A DNA stretch of 64,000 bases from Candidatus Staskawiczbacteria bacterium RIFOXYB1_FULL_38_37 (GTDB lineage Bacteria > Patescibacteriota > Minisyncoccia > Minisyncoccales > Staskawiczbacteraceae), in the NCBI GenBank assembly GCA_001822075.1, contig MHPK01000003.1:9437-73436 (forward strand), given 5' to 3'. Positions 1-9,518 of this stretch are shown here, piece by piece. Made by a program: the position numbers and the translations under genes. The notes below the pieces were generated by a model, which had not been told where the DNA came from, ran no database searches, and saw nothing but the letters and a program-made list of their open reading frames with translations. Positions within the stretch are counted from its first letter, which is position 1. Each line of letters begins with the position of its first letter.

Positions 1-405
1 CCTTGTGGTAATTCCAGACGGCTTTCGGACTATCATATGATAGTTTTCAAGTTAAATCAAGCCAAAATTAGCCAGCTCTCGCACGCTGAATGGGTTGCGA
101 GCAAAGGGATTTAGGGTTAACTTCTACGGGCGAGTTCTTCAAAAACTCAACGCCCGTGGAAGACCTGTTTAAGCAGGACAAAGGGATTTATATTATTCGG
201 AGATTTTCAAAAAACAGAGAATAGTAAATAAAATCGGCAAAAAATTAAAAAAACAAAAATATGACAAGTAAAAACAAGCCAAGAATTTATTGGGACGAGT
301 ACAGGCAATGCTACTACGTCACATTTTTTGAGGACACAGAATGCGATGAGATAGTATCTGCCTGGGAAAGGTTCAAAGGTCGTCCGTCAAAACAAAAAAG
401 AAAAC

Positions 406-621
406 ATGATACACATACCAATTAAAACAAAAGACGATGCTATGAAATTATTTAACTTGTTTAAGAAAAAAGAGTTAGAGGGTTTGGACAAGGCCTTGGC
501 GATGGGCATGATCACAGAAGAAGAAAAATTGAGAATCGCAGCCGCGAGGGCCACTGAAACATTGGATAAGTTTTTGGAGAAAAAAGGTCGACCAAAACAC
601 CAAACTGCGAGAAAATTGTGA
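406..621 (+). CDS. hypothetical small protein (71 aa)
   Basis: ORF track; charged helical sequence, no motif recognised; first of a run of short same-strand ORFs. Confidence 0.3.
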   Translation: MIHIPIKTKDDAMKLFNLFKKKELEGLDKALAMGMITEEEKLRIAAARATETLDKFLEKKGRPKHQTARKL

Positions 622-635
622 TTTCGCCTTGACTT

Positions 636-803
636 ATGAAAAGCTTTCGCACACCCTTTGACAGACGATTGAAAAATGGCAAGCGTGGGTTCAAAATGGG
701 GCAGTCCGATGAAAGAAGGTATCTGGTTGATTACCGCAAAGGAAAATACGTGATCATAGACTTAACATTAAAAAAACGAGGACACTCTCAAAAATTCAAA
801 TGA
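636..803 (+). CDS. hypothetical small basic protein (55 aa)
   Basis: Own reading: ATG 636, TGA 801-803; stop overlaps next ATG (800) as ATGA; below ORF-track length cutoff. Confidence 0.3.
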   Translation: MKSFRTPFDRRLKNGKRGFKMGQSDERRYLVDYRKGKYVIIDLTLKKRGHSQKFK

Positions 804-892
804 CTTACGAATTTTTTGTTGGTTTCATCGACGGGGTAGCTGCCGCAATAATATTATTCATATTTTTAACCTCAATACACAATGAATTGTAA
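800..892 (+). CDS. hydrophobic micro-protein (30 aa)
   Basis: Own reading: MTYEFFVGFIDGVAAAIILFIFLTSIHNEL, one TM helix; ATGA-coupled upstream, overlaps next ATG at 882. Confidence 0.3.
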   Translation: MTYEFFVGFIDGVAAAIILFIFLTSIHNEL

Positions 893-1151
893 TTTTTTAC
901 AGCCAGTAAATTATTTAGGCTTGCCTCCAGAAAAAGGTGACCCTTTTGCTTTCTCTCAAATGGTTTGTGACGGCACAATAGGCGAGGGATCAACAATAGA
1001 GCAGATTAATGGCACAGGCAATTTTTGGATCGCCAAACAGCTAGATTACGGGCAAGTTCTTATATTAACCTTTTTACTAATTTTCTTTGTCGGGTTTGTT
1101 GTAAAATTCCTTTGGAATTTCAACAAGCAGGACAGCGACCAAAAACTATGA
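882..1151 (+). CDS. small membrane protein (89 aa, C-terminal TM helix)
   Basis: ORF track; hydrophobic VLILTFLLIFFVGFVV; stop overlaps next ATG (1148) as ATGA. Confidence 0.4.
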   Translation: MNCNFLQPVNYLGLPPEKGDPFAFSQMVCDGTIGEGSTIEQINGTGNFWIAKQLDYGQVLILTFLLIFFVGFVVKFLWNFNKQDSDQKL

Positions 1152-1306
1152 CTTTTACAGATTCTAGTGTCAGCGAATTTTTAGGAATGATATTTTTCTA
1201 CCCGTTTGTTTTCTACACGCTGTTTTTACTTTTTACAGGCATTGAGGACGCAATCATTTTCTGGTTTCGCCGGAAGGATTACCCCTCAAAGCCATCTGAT
1301 TTATGA
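1148..1306 (+). CDS. small membrane protein (52 aa)
   Basis: In-frame ATG inside track ORF 1025..1306 (MTFTDSSVSEFLGMIFFYPFVFYTLFLLFTG...); ATGA coupling at both ends. Confidence 0.4.
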   Translation: MTFTDSSVSEFLGMIFFYPFVFYTLFLLFTGIEDAIIFWFRRKDYPSKPSDL

Positions 1307-1446
1307 TAACCACAGACGAAATTTTAATAAACGCCTTCTTTGCCTTTTTCTATTGCCTAGGCAGTGTAGTCGATTATATTTGGGCAGGGGCTTTTGCCGG
1401 ATCAATAGTTTTAACGATAACGAGGCTATTGGCCAAAAAAGATTAA
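1303..1446 (+). CDS. small membrane protein (47 aa)
   Basis: Own reading: MITTDEILINAFFAFFYCLGSVVDYIWAGAFAGSIVLTITRLLAKKD; ends 5 nt before the methylase ATG. Confidence 0.35.
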   Translation: MITTDEILINAFFAFFYCLGSVVDYIWAGAFAGSIVLTITRLLAKKD

Positions 1447-1451
1447 ATTAT

Positions 1452-2876
1452 ATGAAAACAACAAAGAAACTAATTTGGCATACTGAGAAGCGGAAAGTGG
1501 GCGAGCTAATCCCGTTTGAGCAGAACCCTAGGACAATGAGCGACAAGCAATTAGAAGATTTGAAGAAAAGTGTTTCAAAGTTTGATTTAGTTGAGATTCC
1601 GGCGATAGATACAGACAATAAGATTGTCGCCGGACACCAGCGGCTAAAAATTATGCAGCTGTTGGGCCGGAGCGAAGAAGAGATTGATGTCAGGATGCCG
1701 AACAGAAAATTAACTGAGGCGGAATTCAAGGAATACAATCTTCGCAGCAACAAAAATACCGGCGAGTGGAACTTCGACGAGCTGGCCAATTTTGATGAAG
1801 AACTTTTAAAAGAATTCGGTTTTAACGAAAATGAGTTGGACAACATTTTTGGATTAGAAAAAGCAGATGATTTTGATTCGGCAAAGGAAACAGAAAAAGC
1901 AATACAACATCCTCACGGCGTAAAAGCAGGGGACTTGTGGCAGTTGGGCGAGCATAAACTAATTGTGGGCAACGCAACAGATCCGAAAGCGTGGAAAAAG
2001 CTGATGGGCCAAGAAAAGTTTGATTTTATGTTTACGGATCCGCCGTATCGGTTGGCTTACTGCAAGAAACGAGTCCGCAAGGTGAAAACAAAAGACGGAT
2101 GGAAAATTAAAGCTGAAAGGGAATATGAAAGCGTTGGCCAAACAGACGCGATGGGTAAAGGATTCGGATATAAAGGCAACAGAAAATACGAAGGCGTTAT
2201 CCAAGCCGGCGGTGTTCCGGAGTTTGATGAATGGCTTTCAATAGCCAACCAGTTTAAGAACGAAAAAGGCTCAAACGTCATGGTGTTCGAGAATTGGAGA
2301 AACACTCCCGACCTTTGGGGAGCCATAGAAAAATACTGGGTGATTCAAAATATGGCTATATGGCACACGCCAAACAGGACACAGGGATTCTCGGCAAAGT
2401 ATAAATTCTTCAACAGGTTTGATGTCGCTCCGATTGCCGGTGACGGAGTTAATAATGAAATTGATGAGGAAGGATTTCAGGAATATTTGGAAAACAAAGG
2501 ACAAAAATTGTTAGACACTTACGAAATATCGCTTTACGGCAAACAGGGCAAACCGGACTGGAATAAAGGCAAAGGCACAAAGTTTTGGGTTATGGGCGAC
2601 CACATAACACATGCAACAGATTCGGCTTCTCAATCCGGACAGAACTTAATCTTTGGCACAAAGCCAATTCCAGTGCTTGTGCCGTACGTAAAAATACTTT
2701 CTCCAAGAAATGGAATTGTGATGGAGCCATTTGGCGGATCGGGTTCAACAATAATCGCATCTGAAATTATGAAAAGGAAGTGTAGGGCAATTGAATTGTC
2801 GCCTTTATACGCAGAAGTGATAATCGCGAGGTTTGAAAGGTTTACCGGTCAAAGGGCAATAAAAGCAACAAAGTAG
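1452..2876 (+). CDS. ParB-like nuclease domain fused to DNA N6-adenine/N4-cytosine methyltransferase
   Basis: N-terminal ParB/Srx-type segment (...EIPAIDTDNKIVAGHQRLKIM), motif IV FTDPPY, C-terminal AdoMet motif EPFGGSGST; start moved to ATG 1452 (aa 83 of track ORF 1206..2876). Confidence 0.85.
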   Translation: MKTTKKLIWHTEKRKVGELIPFEQNPRTMSDKQLEDLKKSVSKFDLVEIPAIDTDNKIVAGHQRLKIMQLLGRSEEEIDVRMPNRKLTEAEFKEYNLRSNKNTGEWNFDELANFDEELLKEFGFNENELDNIFGLEKADDFDSAKETEKAIQHPHGVKAGDLWQLGEHKLIVGNATDPKAWKKLMGQEKFDFMFTDPPYRLAYCKKRVRKVKTKDGWKIKAEREYESVGQTDAMGKGFGYKGNRKYEGVIQAGGVPEFDEWLSIANQFKNEKGSNVMVFENWRNTPDLWGAIEKYWVIQNMAIWHTPNRTQGFSAKYKFFNRFDVAPIAGDGVNNEIDEEGFQEYLENKGQKLLDTYEISLYGKQGKPDWNKGKGTKFWVMGDHITHATDSASQSGQNLIFGTKPIPVLVPYVKILSPRNGIVMEPFGGSGSTIIASEIMKRKCRAIELSPLYAEVIIARFERFTGQRAIKATK

Positions 2877-2937
2877 GGGATTTTGAGCAACCACAGAGGC
2901 TCCAAACAAGAGATTCGTGGTTGAGTGGGGTAAATAT

Positions 2938-3330
2938 ATGGGTCAGGAACAAATAACAAAAACACCTGATATATCAGGTAATAACAGGGAAAAAAGGGAT
3001 GATAATGGCAGGTTCAGGCCAGGGTTGAGCGGAAATCCAATCGGAAGGCCAACCGGCTGTGTTTCGATTACAGCAGAAATCAAAAAGAAGCTTCAAGAGG
3101 TGCCTGACGGCCAGCAGAAATCATACCTGGAATTACTAATCAACAGAATTTTAAAACAGGCAGTCGTTGACGGAAATGAGCAGATGATAAAACAAATTTG
3201 GAACTACATAGACGGCCCACCAAGGCAAGCTGATGATCCGGAACTAGTCGCCCCGATTGTGCATATTAGTCTTTTAAATAAAAACGGTATGGAAGTTCGG
3301 GAAGAGAGTAACGAAAAATTTTTAGCTTAA
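2938..3330 (+). CDS. phage-type small protein with GNPxGRPxG motif (DUF5681-like)
   Basis: NGRFRPGLSGNPIGRPTG motif typical of phage/plasmid small proteins; ATG 2938 preferred over GTG 2917. Confidence 0.45.
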   Translation: MGQEQITKTPDISGNNREKRDDNGRFRPGLSGNPIGRPTGCVSITAEIKKKLQEVPDGQQKSYLELLINRILKQAVVDGNEQMIKQIWNYIDGPPRQADDPELVAPIVHISLLNKNGMEVREESNEKFLA

Positions 3331-3501
3331 ATTTAGTTGCTTCCAACAAAAGAATAGTGTAAAATTAAGCAAGATTAAATAGGTGTTTTGATCTATCTAA
3401 TTTATGTTGGACGCAACAATGCTAAATAAAAATAAAAAAGTTAGTGGAGTAAAATCTGATGAGGATTTTGTTGTCTGTTCAGATAAATTATTGAATATTA
3501 T

Positions 3502-3891
3502 ATGTTTATAGATAAAAAAATTATCTTATCACCGTTAATAATTTTGTCCTTTTTGGCTATACTTATTTTGCCAAGTTTTTTTAATATGTGTATTCCAGAC
3601 GGCTGTACTTTCAGCCCGAATGTTTGTAGTGACGGTGCTTGCATTAATGAGACTATAGGACAACACCTAGGCGAAAAATCACAATTATTTAGCGCCATCA
3701 TTAAACTGCAGATGTTTGTTCTCATTAATTTTTTTGTTTTATCTTTTATTGCCAATAAATACTTAGAAGATAAAAAACTGGTTTATGCAAAATCGTACGC
3801 AAAACAATGGCCAACATCATATTCATTTAACGGGATTAATTATTTAATTGAGGCTTTTTCTAGGGGCATTGTAAATCCTAAAATTTTTTAA
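3502..3891 (+). CDS. membrane protein with Cys-rich loop
   Basis: ORF track; two hydrophobic helices flanking CIPDGCTFSPNVCSDGAC. Confidence 0.45.
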   Translation: MFIDKKIILSPLIILSFLAILILPSFFNMCIPDGCTFSPNVCSDGACINETIGQHLGEKSQLFSAIIKLQMFVLINFFVLSFIANKYLEDKKLVYAKSYAKQWPTSYSFNGINYLIEAFSRGIVNPKIF

Positions 3892-3972
3892 TACCTAAAA
3901 ACCGTCTTTGCTTACTTTATAGTAATCTCATAGGCGGTTTTTTATTAGAAGTAATTATAATTAAAATAATTT

Positions 3973-5013
3973 ATGAAAAATATAATAAACACAATCAAGA
4001 AGCTAAATAAAAACACAATAATCGTAGCAATTGCCGTAATAGGAATAATTGTTGTCGGCGTATTAATCGCAAAACCAAACTTTTCTAATCTAATCGGTTC
4101 TGGGGTGTCTGCAAAGGAGGTTGCGCAAAAATCATTAGATTATATAAATAACAATGGACTTAGTCAGACGCCAGCAACATTATCAGGAGAAGTGAGCGAA
4201 GAATCAGGATTAATAAAATTCAAGGTTAAAATGGGCGCCAACGAGTTTGACTCATATGCGACCAGAGACGGAAAATTGTTATTTCCACAGGTATTCAATA
4301 TGGGTGATAAAAAAGCAGAAACAGCAAGCAATCAGCCATCAGGTGAGCAAAAACAACAGGTAGCTTCTTCTGTAACAAAGTCTGACAACCCCGTTCTTGA
4401 ATCATATATAGTTGCAAGATGTCCGTATGGCTTGCAGATGCAAAGAGCGATGAGCGAGGCAATTAAGAGTATGCCCGATTTAGGCAAATATATGAAAGTT
4501 AGATATATTGGATCTGTTACAAACGATGGGAAGAATATAACCGCTATGCACGGGGAGGCTGAAGCAAAAGAAAATTTGAGGCAAATTTGCATAAGAGAAG
4601 AGCAACCTGAAAAATATTGGAATTATGCCGCTTGTCAAATGAAATCATCGGGTCAGGAAGTAGCCTGTGAAAAATCTACAGGAGTTGATTCTTCAAAACT
4701 TAATTCTTGTATGTCGGACTCGAACAGGGGCGTAGCTTACGCAAAGAAAGATTTTGAGGGGCAAGATAAATATAGTGTTTCTGGCTCGCCAACAATGGTT
4801 TTAGGAAATGCAGTAATATCTGAAGATAGTTTTGGGGGAAGGTCTGCTGACGGAATAAAATCGATGATTTGCTCTGGATTTAATAATCAGCCAAGCTTTT
4901 GCACAACAAAATTAAGCACAAGTCCGGCGGCAACAAGTTTTTCTGAAAGTGTAACATCGGGTTCCGCAGCTCCAGCTTCCAATAGCGGATCTGGTTGCCA
5001 CGCAGCACAGTAA
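3973..5013 (+). CDS. membrane-anchored thioredoxin-fold protein (monothiol CPYG)
   Basis: N-terminal TM helix; ARCPYG active-site-like motif and cis-Pro-type SGSPTMVLGN; Ser/Ala-rich tail. Confidence 0.55.
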   Translation: MKNIINTIKKLNKNTIIVAIAVIGIIVVGVLIAKPNFSNLIGSGVSAKEVAQKSLDYINNNGLSQTPATLSGEVSEESGLIKFKVKMGANEFDSYATRDGKLLFPQVFNMGDKKAETASNQPSGEQKQQVASSVTKSDNPVLESYIVARCPYGLQMQRAMSEAIKSMPDLGKYMKVRYIGSVTNDGKNITAMHGEAEAKENLRQICIREEQPEKYWNYAACQMKSSGQEVACEKSTGVDSSKLNSCMSDSNRGVAYAKKDFEGQDKYSVSGSPTMVLGNAVISEDSFGGRSADGIKSMICSGFNNQPSFCTTKLSTSPAATSFSESVTSGSAAPASNSGSGCHAAQ

Positions 5014-5017
5014 ATAG

Positions 5018-6229
5018 ATGATAGATGAAGTAAAAATAAGAAAAGATTTCCCGATATTTGATAAAAATATAAATGGCAAACCCGTTGTGTATTTCGATTC
5101 AGCCTGCATGAGTCTAAAGCCCAGACAGGTTGTTGAGGCGATGAGTGAATACTATTTTGACTACCCTGCGTGTGCAGGGAGAAGCTCTCATCGCCTCGGA
5201 GAAATGGCGACTAAAAAAATTAAAGAAACACGCCAGTCTGTAGCTCAATTCATAAACGCCAAGAGCGAAAAGGAGATTGTTTTTACCAGAAATACGACAG
5301 AGTCAATAAATTTAGTCGCCAACTCCTTTGATTTGAAGGCAGGGGATTTAGTCCTTACTACTGATAAAGAACATAATTCAAATCTTATTCCTTGGCAACT
5401 GTTATCAAAACGAAAATCAATAAGACATGAAATTGTAAAATCGAAAGAGGATGGCGAGTTTGATGTGGAATTGTTTAAGGAGATGGTTAAGGGAGCAAAA
5501 CTGGTTTCAATGGTACATAGGTCTAATCTGGATGGAACCGCCATTCCCGCCAAGGAAATTATTAAGATTGCACACGAGAATGGTGCGCTGGTTTTATTAG
5601 ATGCCGCTCAAAGCATTCCTCATCAAAAGGTTGACGTGAAAGATTTGGATGTTGATTTTCTTGCTTTTTCTGGGCATAAGATGCTGGGGCCGACCGGAAC
5701 AGGTGTTCTGTATGGAAAATATAAATTATTGGAGGAACTTGAGCCGTTTTTGGTTGGCGGAGATACAGTGGAATATTCCACATATAAAGAATACAAAATG
5801 CTTTTGCCTCCGGAAAAATTTGAGGCGGGGCTTCAGGATTACGCAGGGATCATCGGGCTGGGAGTGGCTGTAAAATACTTACAGTTAGTGGGGTTTGATG
5901 ATATCCAAGATCACGAGTTTAAGTTAAATAGATATATAACAGAAGAGTTAATTAAAATTCCCAGGATTAAGATTATTGGCCCTACTAATTCTGCCTTGAG
6001 ATCTGGTATTATTTCTTTTTATATAGAAGGCTTAAATATGAATCAGTTTGCTGTGATGTTAGATAGCATGTCTAATGTGATGATTCGCTCGGGGAGGCAC
6101 TGCGTGCATTCATGGTTTGATGCGAGGGGAATAATAAATTCAGCAAGAGTTTCCTTGTATTTTTACAATACAATGAAAGAAGCTAAAATTTTTGTTGAAA
6201 GCATTAACAAAATAATTAAAATTATATAA
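5018..6229 (+). CDS. sufS: cysteine desulfurase, class V aminotransferase (SufS/CsdA-like)
   Basis: PLP-lysine motif FSGHKMLGPTGTGVLY and catalytic-Cys motif RSGRHC. Confidence 0.9.
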   Translation: MIDEVKIRKDFPIFDKNINGKPVVYFDSACMSLKPRQVVEAMSEYYFDYPACAGRSSHRLGEMATKKIKETRQSVAQFINAKSEKEIVFTRNTTESINLVANSFDLKAGDLVLTTDKEHNSNLIPWQLLSKRKSIRHEIVKSKEDGEFDVELFKEMVKGAKLVSMVHRSNLDGTAIPAKEIIKIAHENGALVLLDAAQSIPHQKVDVKDLDVDFLAFSGHKMLGPTGTGVLYGKYKLLEELEPFLVGGDTVEYSTYKEYKMLLPPEKFEAGLQDYAGIIGLGVAVKYLQLVGFDDIQDHEFKLNRYITEELIKIPRIKIIGPTNSALRSGIISFYIEGLNMNQFAVMLDSMSNVMIRSGRHCVHSWFDARGIINSARVSLYFYNTMKEAKIFVESINKIIKII

Positions 6230-6233
6230 TTCA

Positions 6234-7166
6234 ATGATATGTATTATAGCCCTAGTGGTTTTTTCCATTGTGGGAATATTCAGCGCAACGCATAGGGCTT
6301 TGGCAAAAGAAGCTCTTGATTGCGTTCTACGCAGAGTAACTTTCCGACCGTGCAATACGGGATTCGATGAGAAGATGAAGGGAATGATTGTTGGTAGACT
6401 GCTAAATAGGTCTGTCTTCGCAGCTCGTTTTGTAAAAAAATACTTTGAGTTCATTTCTTGGGGATTTATTGTTTTGACACTAGTTAGCGGTTTTTATACA
6501 ATTCAGGGAGGATACAACTTCTATCTTTACGGAAGTTGCAATGGATTAAACCAAAGCGGATTTTGCGCTTTCGATCCAAAGGGAGAGAACAATAAGGTTA
6601 CCGACATAAGCCAGACGTGCGGCACTGAGGAAAAATCAGAAAAAAATGTTTCATTAAGTGGCGTTGATTTATCATCTTTTCCCTCAAAGAATGTCGGTTC
6701 TAAAGATACAGTAGTTCTAATTGGGTGTTATGAATGCGACTATACTAGAAAGGCATATCCTGATATTCAAAAACTAGTTCGAGAGAAAAAAACTAACTAT
6801 ATTTTTGCTCACTATCCGGCTAAAGAAAATACCAATTTTCTGTCTGAAGTCGGCTATTGCGTATACAAAGAGTACGGAGAAAGATTTTGGCCATTTAACG
6901 ATTATTTATTTACAGTCGATAAAGTGCAAATTTATCAACCCTCATATGTTGAGATGATATTGAGAAACTTTGATTTTGATGTTAATAAAATAAATGAATG
7001 CGTTGAGAATCCTGTAACTAAACAATTGGTTAGTGAACAGGTCGGTGAGTTAAGAAAAACTCATTTGTATGGAACACCCACAGTCTTTATAAATGGTAAG
7101 GCGTTTGTCGGGCCTAAACCTTATAGAGTGTATAAAAGTGTGCTTAATAAATTTATTATCTTTTAA
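6234..7166 (+). CDS. membrane-anchored DsbA/thioredoxin-like thiol:disulfide oxidoreductase
   Basis: N-terminal TM segments with paired Cys; CxxC (GCYECDY) and cis-Pro motif YGTPTVFINGK. Confidence 0.6.
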   Translation: MICIIALVVFSIVGIFSATHRALAKEALDCVLRRVTFRPCNTGFDEKMKGMIVGRLLNRSVFAARFVKKYFEFISWGFIVLTLVSGFYTIQGGYNFYLYGSCNGLNQSGFCAFDPKGENNKVTDISQTCGTEEKSEKNVSLSGVDLSSFPSKNVGSKDTVVLIGCYECDYTRKAYPDIQKLVREKKTNYIFAHYPAKENTNFLSEVGYCVYKEYGERFWPFNDYLFTVDKVQIYQPSYVEMILRNFDFDVNKINECVENPVTKQLVSEQVGELRKTHLYGTPTVFINGKAFVGPKPYRVYKSVLNKFIIF

Positions 7167-7170
7167 AAAT

Positions 7171-9105
7171 ATGGATGATTGCGATAGCTGTAAAAATATA
7201 GACCAAAATAAAATAAAACCAGCACATAGTAAAATTTGGTGGCTGGTGTTTGCGTTGTTGCTGATTGTTCCCCTGGAAATCCTTTCATTCTTTTCGGTTG
7301 ATTTAGGTTTGTGGCTCAAGCTGCCATTTTTCATTGCCATAATATTTATTTTTGGCAGAAAAATAATGGTGAGCGGATTTAAAAACCTGCTAAAGTTTAA
7401 TTTTTCTGATATTAATCTTTTAATGTCGATTGCCATTATCGGAGCGATAGTTTTGCAGAAATTTGAAGAAGCTTCTATTATCGTGGTTCTATTCGGTTTG
7501 GGCGAGGCTTTGGAAGAATATGGCATAAAACGCAGCCATTTAGCCTTGGAGAAATTAATTAATAATTCCCCAAAAACCGCCGAGCTCAAATCGGGCAATA
7601 TTAAAGTAGCCATAGAAAAGGTTAAAGTAGGAGAAATAATAATTATTCGTCCGGGAGATAAAATCGGCCTTGATGGCGAAGTGGTTTATGGCGACAGCTT
7701 GGTTGACCAATCAATGATCACGGGTGAGCCGCTACCGAAAAGTAAAATGATAGGCGACAAAGTATATGCTGGTTCAATCAACAATGGCGGCTATTTAGAA
7801 GTGAAAGTATTGAAAGAAGCTAAAAATTCTACATTAAATAAAATTGTTCAGCTAACCAGTGAAGCTGCCAAAAAAAAGGCAGACTCTCAAAAGTTTATTG
7901 AAAAATTTGCCCGTTATTACACGCCAGCGGTAACCTTTATAGCTTTAGCGTTATTTATTATACCAGTATTATTTTTTAACGGCTCGGCTCAATTCTGGCT
8001 AATACAATCCTTGACTCTGCTTCTTATTTCTTGCCCGTGTGCCTTAGTGATATCAACGCCGATTTCAGTCTTTTCAGCGCTTGGAAACGCAAGCCAGAAA
8101 GGAGTCTTGATTAAGGGTGGCAAAGTTATTGAAAATTTATCTCAAATAAAAGAGATTGGGTTTGATAAAACTAAAACGCTGACAGTCGGCAAGCCCGAAG
8201 TAACAAATATTATCCCATTTAATGGTTTTACCAAAGAAGAGGTGTTAAGTTGCTCTGCCGGCCTTGGAGAATTTTCCGAGCATCCGTTATCGCAAAGCGT
8301 CGTTGAAATGGCAAAAGAGGAAGGAATTGATATTCACAAATTTAATAATTTTGAATCAATCCAAGGGCAAGGAGTTTTAGGAGATTGCACTGTTTGCACA
8401 GATACCCGCCATTGTTTGGGAAAAATAGGAATGCTCGAAAATCAGTTTAACGGCGTTAATTTTAACAAGTTAATGGAAAATGAAAAAAATGAACTGGAAG
8501 GAGAGGGCAAAACAGTGATATTTTTAGGAGATAGCAAGCAAATAAAAGGGATGATTGCTTTGTCAGATAAAATTAAAAGCGATTCTAAACTAGTTATAGA
8601 TAAACTTCAAAAGTTAAATATTGGCTGTTATATGGTAACCGGTGATAACGACGGAGCGGCTCAATATGTCGCCAAAGCATTGAACATATCCGAAATATAT
8701 TCGGAAAAATTACCGGAGGATAAAGCCGACATCATCGTCGATAAATCAAAACAAAATATTAAGGTGGCAATGGTAGGTGATGGCATTAATGATGCACCAT
8801 CTTTGGCTAGCGCTAATGTTGGAATTGCCATGGGATCTCTCGGTTCTGATGTAGCCATTGAAAGCGCTGATGTAGCTTTAATGAATGACGATCTTAAAAT
8901 GATTCCGTATTTAATTGAATTGAGCAGAAAAACGGTAGCTAAAATAAAATTTAATACCTACTTTGCATTAAGCACAAAATTTGTCTTCTTGGCTCTAGCT
9001 GTCGCCGGTTTAAGCAACTTATCGCTAGCTATTTTTGCAGATGTCGGAGTTACATTATTGGTTGTTTTGAATGGTTTGAGTTTGTATAGATTTAAGGCTA
9101 GTTAA
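7171..9105 (+). CDS. heavy-metal translocating P1B-type ATPase
   Basis: TGEP, SCPC (CPC) membrane motif, SEHPL, TGDN, GDGINDAP; phosphorylation motif reads DKTKT; N-terminal CDSC; ATG 7171 is aa 27 of the track ORF, whose upstream part overlaps the previous gene. Confidence 0.9.
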   Translation: MDDCDSCKNIDQNKIKPAHSKIWWLVFALLLIVPLEILSFFSVDLGLWLKLPFFIAIIFIFGRKIMVSGFKNLLKFNFSDINLLMSIAIIGAIVLQKFEEASIIVVLFGLGEALEEYGIKRSHLALEKLINNSPKTAELKSGNIKVAIEKVKVGEIIIIRPGDKIGLDGEVVYGDSLVDQSMITGEPLPKSKMIGDKVYAGSINNGGYLEVKVLKEAKNSTLNKIVQLTSEAAKKKADSQKFIEKFARYYTPAVTFIALALFIIPVLFFNGSAQFWLIQSLTLLLISCPCALVISTPISVFSALGNASQKGVLIKGGKVIENLSQIKEIGFDKTKTLTVGKPEVTNIIPFNGFTKEEVLSCSAGLGEFSEHPLSQSVVEMAKEEGIDIHKFNNFESIQGQGVLGDCTVCTDTRHCLGKIGMLENQFNGVNFNKLMENEKNELEGEGKTVIFLGDSKQIKGMIALSDKIKSDSKLVIDKLQKLNIGCYMVTGDNDGAAQYVAKALNISEIYSEKLPEDKADIIVDKSKQNIKVAMVGDGINDAPSLASANVGIAMGSLGSDVAIESADVALMNDDLKMIPYLIELSRKTVAKIKFNTYFALSTKFVFLALAVAGLSNLSLAIFADVGVTLLVVLNGLSLYRFKAS

Positions 9106-9252
9106 TGCGGGTTTTTACAGAAAAATTAAAGTTTGAGTTAGTTAGAGTTAACTTGACTTTTGTGGAGGGGTCTGGTAGTGTCAAAAATAAGAGAAAATTA
9201 ATCAAATATTAACCATTTCCCCTAGGGGAGCGTGTGGCAGGTAGAAAACCTG

Positions 9253-9279
9253 TTGACATGGCTGCATGAGTGGTATAAT
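9253..9279 (+). promoter_or_regulatory. sigma70-type promoter (TTGACA / TGgTATAAT)
   Basis: TTGACA 9253-9258, 15-nt spacer, extended -10 TGGTATAAT ending 9279. Confidence 0.6.
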
Positions 9280-9285
9280 AAATAG

Positions 9286-9516
9286 CAAGAGGAGTAATCC
9301 TCGTGTCGTTAATTAAAACGACAAACTACTTACGCCACTAGCATGCAGCCGGTGGCGTTTGTGGTTTATGAAACTAGCAAATGCAAAAATTGAATGGATT
9401 GCATGGATTATTAGCAACCAATTTGGTTGCTTGAAGGACTTTTGTATCGAGTGGGAAAAGATTCAAATTAATAGGTTGGTTGTGCCGCCGATTCCGAAAG
9501 GATCGGCGGTTTTGTT
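9286..9516 (+). ncRNA. candidate structured transcript (or mRNA of a 54-aa ORF 9368..9532) upstream of the recombinase
   Basis: Follows a strong promoter. Hairpins: GAGGA-GTAA-TCCTC, GTCGTT/AACGAC, CGCCAC/GTGGCG, ATGCAA/TTGCAT, AGCAACC/GGTTGCT. Ends in a GAAA-looped hairpin plus T-run. Confidence 0.3.
9485..9516 (+). terminator. intrinsic terminator/attenuator hairpin
   Basis: CCGCCGAT(T)CC-GAAA-GGATCGGCGG followed by TTTTGTT; ends 3 nt before the recombinase ATG. Confidence 0.55.
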
Positions 9517-9518
9517 AT

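Noticed and set aside
1206-1451. N-terminal extensions offered by the ORF track (1206, 7093, 9480, 10624, 18917, 32097, 35064, 49674, 51255, 53384, 56552, 59310, 62809)
   Set aside because: Each extension overlaps an upstream gene, terminator, promoter or repeat. In every case an internal ATG or GTG has better SD or promoter context and matches the usual N-terminus of the family.
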